From NCBI GenBank assembly GCA_951406725.2, contig OX597823.1, forward strand, positions 13,392,001 through 13,456,000: 64,000 nucleotides of DNA, given 5' to 3'. The notes beneath the pieces were generated by a model. The model was given only the letters and a program-made list of their open reading frames with translations, had not been told where the DNA came from and did no database searches. A program made the position numbers and the translations under genes. This DNA comes from Octopus vulgaris. Taxonomy: Eukaryota. This document shows, piece by piece, positions 56,750-64,000 of the stretch; within the stretch, counting starts at the first letter, position 1; the number at the start of each line of letters is the position of its first letter.

Positions 56750-58250
56750 ATGTCAGCGATCAGTGGACAAGGAATGAGTCTCACAAGAGGGTGAAAAAGC
56801 TATGGTCATCTGGCCTCTGAGCTTATAACATACATATCGCCTGCAACACCTAGGTAGTGATTCACCTCTGGCCCTCATTCGGTTTTCTAAACTCAGTGAG
56901 ATAGATATACGAAGTCGCAAGCTGCTCAGTGCTACAGAGAGCGTCAGCATCAATGAAGGCGAAGATAGTTGGCACTTCCCACACAAGAATGGTAGTCGTG
57001 GTCTTAAATCTGTATAGACATCTTATGAAGCACGTATTATGGCAATGAATCAACATCTGCATCAGAGGAAAGAGGCTTGTAAAAGTTTGCGACTATGAAA
57101 TCAGCAACATAATTAGGAGAGCTAATGAAGACCAGGAGATGCATGGAGTTAGAACTGGTATTGATCTCTCCCTAATGGGCATTGTTAAAATCTATTCATC
57201 AAAATAACAAAATAAAACAGATGGACAAATTAATTCATTGAGAAGAGAGTGCATGGCTACTTCAAACGAAAGACACAAACCATAGACAAAATTCATCATA
57301 TCAAATTCTAGGTACGGAGTACCAACATGTTTATGATATCCCACTTCGAAGGGTTTCTCCATATAATTCAAGAAGAATAGGGCTCACTTGCTGCATAAAA
57401 TGCTAAAAATATTGGCAGACAATAAATGTGGGTTGTTGGAAACCAAGACTGCGAATATCGACCACATATTTGCCAAATGCGAAGGAATAGCTTCCAAATA
57501 TTTTCATCCCGTGGAGCATGATGCGTTAGCTGGAGCAGTTTTGAACGAGATAACAAACAGGAAACCATCATCACTTGAAATTAATTATAGTGATTATAAT
57601 TAATCGAAAGAATATTGATGGGACTTAAGAATTAAAATAATCTCCAAGTTAAAACACAATCGGTCAGATATATTTGATTGGAACAACAAGATAAAGACAT
57701 GCTCTGGTGTTTTTTGTTTGTTTCTTCCCGATAGATAAGGGCCGGCTTCCCGGTTTCTTGGCGTATAGGTTCCCCACCTGGACGGGATGCCGGTCCGTCG
57801 CAGGTGAGCTGCAAGATGCAGGAGGAAATAGTGAGAGAAAGTTGTGGCGAAAGAGTCGGCAGAAGTTTCGCCATTACCTTCTGCCGGAGCCGCGTGGAGC
57901 TTAGGTGTTTTCGCTCATAAACACACATATCGGCCAGTCTGAGATTCGAACCCGCGAGTCCGCTGCTCTAACCACTAAGCCATGTGCCTCCACCATGCTC
58001 TGGTGTGGAAATCAACGACTCTCTGCATACCTATGTGGTTAGAAAAATAGAGGTGAAAGAGGACATTTATGAACCATTGATAGGGAGTTTGCAAATCCAT
58101 TGGCCAAGATAGTCTTTCAGCTTCACACCAATTAGTATTGGAGCTACAAGATACGTACCAACGCACCTGGAGCAAAGTATGACTGAAATTAGGTTCTTAC
58201 TTAAACTGATCGCAATAACTGGGGCTATAAAATCTGAGAAGGCTTTTTCG
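56750..58250 (+). mobile_element. Decayed R4-like LINE 3' region (zinc knuckle + restriction-like endonuclease)
   Basis: NKCGLLETKTANIDHIFAKCEGIASKYFHPVEHDALA; WDLRIKIISKLKHNRSDIFDW...TCSGVEI...KEDIYEPL...PISIGA read across the SINE insertion. Confidence 0.75.
57711..57993 (-). mobile_element. tRNA-derived SINE family C (V-domain-like) with 13-bp TSD
   Basis: A box tggcttagtgg, B box ggttcgaatct, cctgcgacggaccggcatcccgtccagg; TSD catgctctggtgt at 57698-57710 and 57994-58006. Confidence 0.9.
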
Positions 58251-58477
58251 GATTTAACAAGATGCTTTCCTTCACACGCTTGTTACCGAGCAGGTAACCT
58301 GTAAAAATCTATTCTAAATTGAAAAGAGAAATATGAAAATGCATGCATGCATACACACACATATACATACATACATGCATACATACATGCATACATACAT
58401 ACATGCATACATACATGCATACATACATACATACATACATACATACATACATAATCATAATATACAGGATATTGTTA

Positions 58478-58880
58478 TTCAGGTCAGAGGGCAAATATAT
58501 GTACCGTCATAGAGGTTAGCAGCCCTGCATATATAATGATATATCTTTGAAAATCAAAGAAAAAGAGGATATCTATGGACAACTGCTTCGAAACCTCCAG
58601 TTTCTATATTCAGATTATGAATTCATATTCATACCAATAATAATTGGAGCACTAGGTTTTGTTAGTAAATACTCAAAGGAGAATCGTGATAAACTGGGAT
58701 TTACAGTAATACAATCGACCGGTTAATTCATACATTACAAGTGCCATCTGAGAGTGGAACAGTAAAAATATGCAAGACTTTTCTTAAGTTCCAAATATAG
58801 CTATGTTCGTGTCAACTACATCCCAAAGATGGAGCCGTGTATCGTTGTTGCAAACCGTTCCCTCCTCAATGGAAGATTTA
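58478..58880 (+). mobile_element. Second R4-like RLE 3' fragment
   Basis: CTVIEVSSPA...LKIKEKEDIYGQLLRNLQFLYSDYEFIFIPIIIGALGFV. Confidence 0.7.
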
Positions 58881-59261
58881 TAATGATATAAAAATAGAAG
58901 ATACATACATAGATACATACATACATACAGGTGTAAATTCAGAGACGTACTTGCAAATATGTATTCTGCAAAGATTTTTGTGCAAAGAAGTGCACAACTA
59001 ATGTGCATTTTACATATACAGTCTCTAAGATAAACAACAAAATGATGTAAAGCATTTCTAACACATCATTGTTGTTTTCCAAATTCCAATGATAGAGCTG
59101 GTTTAATTTGTTAGAAAACAGCCCCTTTTTTTAAGAGTTCAATTAGGAATATAAAAGAGAGAAAAATGCTTATATTCCCACATTTATACATACATACATA
59201 CATACATACATACATACATACATACATACATACATACATACATACATACATAGATATATAC

Positions 59262-59319
<58 letters not shown>

Positions 59320-59378
59320 AATATATACGTAATAAACTCATATATACGCATAGAAACGCACATGCATAAAAACATACA

Positions 59379-59424
<46 letters not shown>

Positions 59425-59813
59425 TATACGTGCTCATAAAGATAGACAAGCATTTATACACGCAGTCAAGCAGAGATCTACAGATACAAAGATACATACA
59501 TGTAAAAAGTATAGAGGAAAATACGATATAAATGGATAGACTAGTAAACAGGTATATAGATAAGAGATATGTATATGCATTGATAATTATTTACATAATT
59601 ATCTATGGTTGTAATTTTGTGTATATGTGTGTATGTCTATTGCAAGTGTCTGTTTGCAGAAGCAAACTGAGAGGGGGAGAGAGAGAGCGTGGGGGACAAG
59701 AGAGAGTGTTAGGGAGAGAAAGAATAATGACAGCATGAAAACGTATAGAGTAATATCTAGAGCAGAATAGGGAAATAGACGTGTTATCAAAAAAGAAAGG
59801 ATAACCAATATCA

Positions 59814-59862
<49 letters not shown>

Positions 59863-60295
59863 GCTCACACACGCATACGCATACAGAGGCAGGCAGAGCA
59901 GAGTGTGTAAGTGTGTGAGTGAATAGATAATATAGTTAGGTAAGCAGTCAGGTAGATGAATAATTAGTTACACTGATATATGCACTAGCAGACACACAAA
60001 CTAGGCAAATAAATAAACAAAACTTAAGTCCAGCAGATGGTATCAAAGATGAATTTACTATGTAAATAATTCATGGAGAGAGAAAGATAGGAAGAAAGGC
60101 AGAATTCGTAATGGAAGTACACATCTATTACATGATTTGTTAGAAAAACAAATTGGTATACTAAAATAGGTATATTTAATTAGCTTCGACAAACATTGAA
60201 TTACATATGTACGAATGTACGTGTGTACATGTGAATATGTACGCATGTAAAGCCATAAAATCTTGTGGGATGGGTGATGAATATATAACTATATA

Positions 60296-60342
<47 letters not shown>

Positions 60343-60352
60343 ATATATATAC

Positions 60353-60483
<131 letters not shown>

Positions 60484-60909
60484 GTATGTATATATATACA
60501 CACTTATATACTGGTTCATCCCATAAATAATGCGGTTTTTTTCAATTGCATGAACGAAAAGTCGGAGGAGGCGGGCTAAACTACCTGTATTAATTTGCTA
60601 TAAAAGCTGGTAGTGATTTTACCTTGCACTTACTCTTAGTGCAAGTTTTGAAGAGTGACGTTCGATTTTAACACTTGTGTTTTTCAAAGCTATAAACGGA
60701 AGTGACAAAGGTACATATTCGACATATTTAGCTTTATGAGTTCAATAAAAGGCAACAGCGCAACGGATCGAACAATAAACCTAAGCCAGTGTCAACGGTG
60801 GTTCCAGAAATTCCTAGCCGGAAACTACAGCCTTGAAAACAAGACCCGTCCTGGAAGATGTGTAGAGCCCGCCGAGGCCATCCTGCAAAGTCTGGTGGAA
60901 CAAAATCCT

Positions 60910-61328
60910 CATTTCTTTATTGCCCACAAGGGGCTAAACATAGAGGGGGCAAACAAGGACAGACAAACGGATTAAGTCGATTGCATCGACCCCAGTGCGT
61001 AACGGGTACTTAATTTATCGACCCCCGAAAGGATGAAAAGCAAAGTCGACCTCGGCGGAATTTGAACTCAGAACGTAATGGCAGATGAAATACCTATTTC
61101 TTTATTACCCACAAGGGGCTAAACACAGAGGGGACAAACAAGGACAGACATAGGTATAAAGTCGATTACATCGACCCCAGTGCGTAACTGGTACTTAATT
61201 TATCGACCCCGAAAGGATGAAAGGCAAAGTCGACCTCGGCGGAATTTGAACTCAGAACGTAACGGCAGATGAAATACCGCTAAGCATTTCGCCCGGCCTG
61301 TTAACGTTTCTGCCAGCTCGCTGCCTTC
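60910..61328 (-). mobile_element. SINE family A dimer with a single 16-bp TSD
   Basis: ggtggaacaaaatcct at 60894-60909 and 61329-61344. Confidence 0.93.
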
Positions 61329-61728
61329 GGTGGAACAAAATCCTATTGAAACCTTTAACAAACTCACAGAGCAGCTTGGATTTCGTCGTTCAACCCTGCA
61401 TCGACAAATTGGGTCAATAGGTTGCTCACAAACTTTCCGAATCTAATTGCCGGCAGAGAGTGTATGTGTGCTCTTCTTTACTATCACGTCTCACGAATGA
61501 ACCTTTTTTGGACCGAATAGCAACTGGTCACGAGAAATGAAATCTCTATTAAAATATCAAGGGGGTAGCGATAGGAGAAACACCACTCTCCCAGGCTAAC
61601 GAAGGTCTTTACCCACGTAATGTATTGCTATTTGTTTGGTGAGATATGGAAGGTTTTATCCACATTGAACATTTAAACCCAAACCAAACAATAAAATATG
61701 AGATCCACGACGAGCATCTTTGGTTTCA

Positions 61729-62713
61729 TCATCATCATCATCATTGTTCGACCGTGGTCGAGACAATGGAATTTACCATGCTACGCCAGACTTCACGGTC
61801 CATCATGGCATTACGGAGGTCCTGTTGCTGGATGCCTGTATCCCTGGAGATTACATCAGGGTAGGAGAGTGTGCGCCCTCTGGTATTGCGAGTAGATGGC
61901 TTCAAGAGGAGAAGAGTAGAAATTGCCTCGTTTTCAGCTCTACAACAATGTCCAGCAAACTGGACTCTTCTGGTCGAGACAATGGAATTTACCATGCTAC
62001 GCCAGACTTCACGGTCCATCATGACATTACGGAGGGCCTGTTGCTGGATGCCTGTATCCCTGGAGATTACATCAGGGTAGGAGAGTGTGCGCCCTCTGGT
62101 ATCGCGAGTAGATGGCTTCCAGAGGAGAAGAGTAGAAATTACCTCTTTTACAGCTCTACAACAATGTCCAGCAAACTGAACTCTCTTACGTTTCACAAGA
62201 GATGACACAGGTGGTAGTTTCCCATATATTTGCATTTTGGTTGGATGGCGCTTCCAAGAGAGATTTTGTGCTCTCATAAGGAGGCGAGTGCAGGTTCCAT
62301 CCAACCGCCTCTCAAGCTTCTTTGGTTTCAAGATGAAAGTTGTTCTTCCACCAGAATTATGCTCGGCCACGTACAACGAGGATGACATTCCTACGCCAGA
62401 CTTCACGGTCCATCATGGCATTACGGAGGTCCTGTTGCTGGATGCCTGTACCCCTGGAGATTACATCAGTGTAGAATAGTGTGCGCCCTCTGGTATTGCG
62501 AGTAGATGGCTTCCAGAGGAGAAGAGTAGAAATGATCTCTTTTTCAGTTCTACAACAATGTCCAGCAAACTGGACTCTTTTACCTTTCACAAGAGATGAC
62601 ACAGGTGGTAGTTTCCCATATATTTGCATTTTTGGTTGGATGGCGCGTCCACGAGAGATTTTGAGCTCTCATAAGGAGGCGAGTGTACGTTCCATCCAAC
62701 CGCCTCTCAAGCT
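61729..62713 (-). mobile_element. RTE-like LINE 3' end with (GAT)n tail, locally triplicated
   Basis: RLDGTCTRLLMRAQNLSWK...RVQFAGHCCR...AMMDREVWR; TSD tctttggtttca at 61717-61728, 62319-62330 and 62714-62725. Confidence 0.88.
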
Positions 62714-63097
62714 TCTTTGGTTTCAAGATGAAAGTTATTCTTCCATCAGAATTATGCTCGGCAACATACAACGAGGATGACATTCGAACGGATGGAGTAG
62801 TTTGAATGGGAAACGATGCCAGACCGACCATATTCGCCGCACATTGACCCGTCTGATTATTATTTATTCTGCAGTCTTCAAAATCATTTGGAGGGAAAAA
62901 ATATGAATTCTGTAGACGAGGTCAAAACAGTAGTGGAGGAGTATTTTTCGTCACAGATAAGTGAATTTTGGAAGACCTTTGTAGGAAATGAAGGAGGGTA
63001 TATTTTAGAGTAAAAATATTTTTGTTTATTTTAGTTTTTTTGAAAAATGAAAGAGGTATAAAAAGAAACCACATTATCTTTAGGATAACCCAATATA

Positions 63098-63237
<140 letters not shown>

Positions 63238-63292
63238 TACATGCATGTACATATATATACTTATATATGCATATATGTATGTGTATGTTTAC

Positions 63293-63326
<34 letters not shown>

Positions 63327-63328
63327 GC

Positions 63329-63363
<35 letters not shown>

Positions 63364-63399
63364 TATATATATATATATATGCATGTATATATGTATGTA

Positions 63400-63948
63400 A
63401 GGTCACTTTCGAGTGCTACTGGCAATATGTAACCCAGTACGACCGGTTGCATGGTCGGGTCGTCGGCGACTAAACCGGCAACCCCACCAAGCTTGTTTTG
63501 TGAGGAGGGTGCTTATTGGACAACCTGCGGGATGAAAAACAAAACCCGTCAAACGACGGAGGAACTCTTGAGAGTCAAGGACCATCCAATAAATATCTTA
63601 AGGATGTATCATGCGCGGGGACATAGAAATAATCGGACTGAATACCCGACCGCGCGATTAAAACATTGGGAGTGAAGGACTCCTAGCCTTTGTTAGGGCA
63701 TCCTTCTAGGAGAAGGTAACTCAGGAAACTGGGATAACTCCGACATAAAACCTGCGGCTCAGTGGTTACCGATGATGTTGACTTGTTCTTCTTTTCGGAT
63801 TATGGCTGCTGTTGCTTATTGAGTGGGATTGACTCAGTGCACAGCCTTTCCTCAGTTTAAAAAAATCTCTTGCACAGGCATTGCACGATAACAACATTGA
63901 TTAAGCTTCGCGCAATGGCCATATTCGATAACGAGGGGGCAGCCACAG
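63400..63948 (+). mobile_element. Probable RTE-type 5'UTR / non-autonomous element in a (TATG)n tract
   Basis: GC-richer insert with gggcatccttctaggagaaggtaactc...taaaacc, resembling RTE leader motifs; no coding remnant. Confidence 0.4.
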
Positions 63949-64000
63949 TATGTATGTATGTATGTATGTATGTATGTATAAACTAGTATTAAGTATGAGA

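Larger units (their letters stand above)
60511..63093 (+). mobile_element. Decayed mariner carrying nested SINE dimer and RTE insertion
   Basis: TA|ctggttcatcccataaataatgcgg ... ccacattatctttaggataacccaa|TA; QCQRWFQKFLAGNYSLEN; FFHQNYARP; PYSPHIDPSDYYLF. Confidence 0.9.

Noticed and set aside
61741-62406. 221-aa ORF with internal repeat as a novel repeat protein
   Set aside because: Duplicated RTE C-terminus joined to antisense mariner sequence

Overview
This is an AT-rich, microsatellite-dense eukaryotic window with no supportable host protein-coding gene. The SINE families and repeat landscape look like an octopus (cephalopod) genome; that is inferred from recognition, not from a search. 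Almost all listed ORFs are microsatellite artefacts. The real content is layered transposable-element debris: three tRNA-derived SINE families (some as multimers); CR1-, RTE-, Tx1/L1- and R4/RLE-clade LINE fragments; a full-length decayed Tc1; two decayed mariners; hAT and Tc2/pogo-like MITEs; a non-autonomous Helitron; and a decayed Penelope-like element (PLE) with RT thumb and GIY-YIG. The most interesting signal is about ten minimal type-I hammerhead ribozyme (HHR) motifs in PLE-type termini and foldback elements, mostly inserted in (TA)n tracts. They show three alternative pairings at core positions 3:8 (C3:G8, U3:A8, G3:C8), further core variants, and inverted arms that repeatedly break at the ribozyme core. 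All structures were folded by eye; coordinates of decayed elements are approximate.
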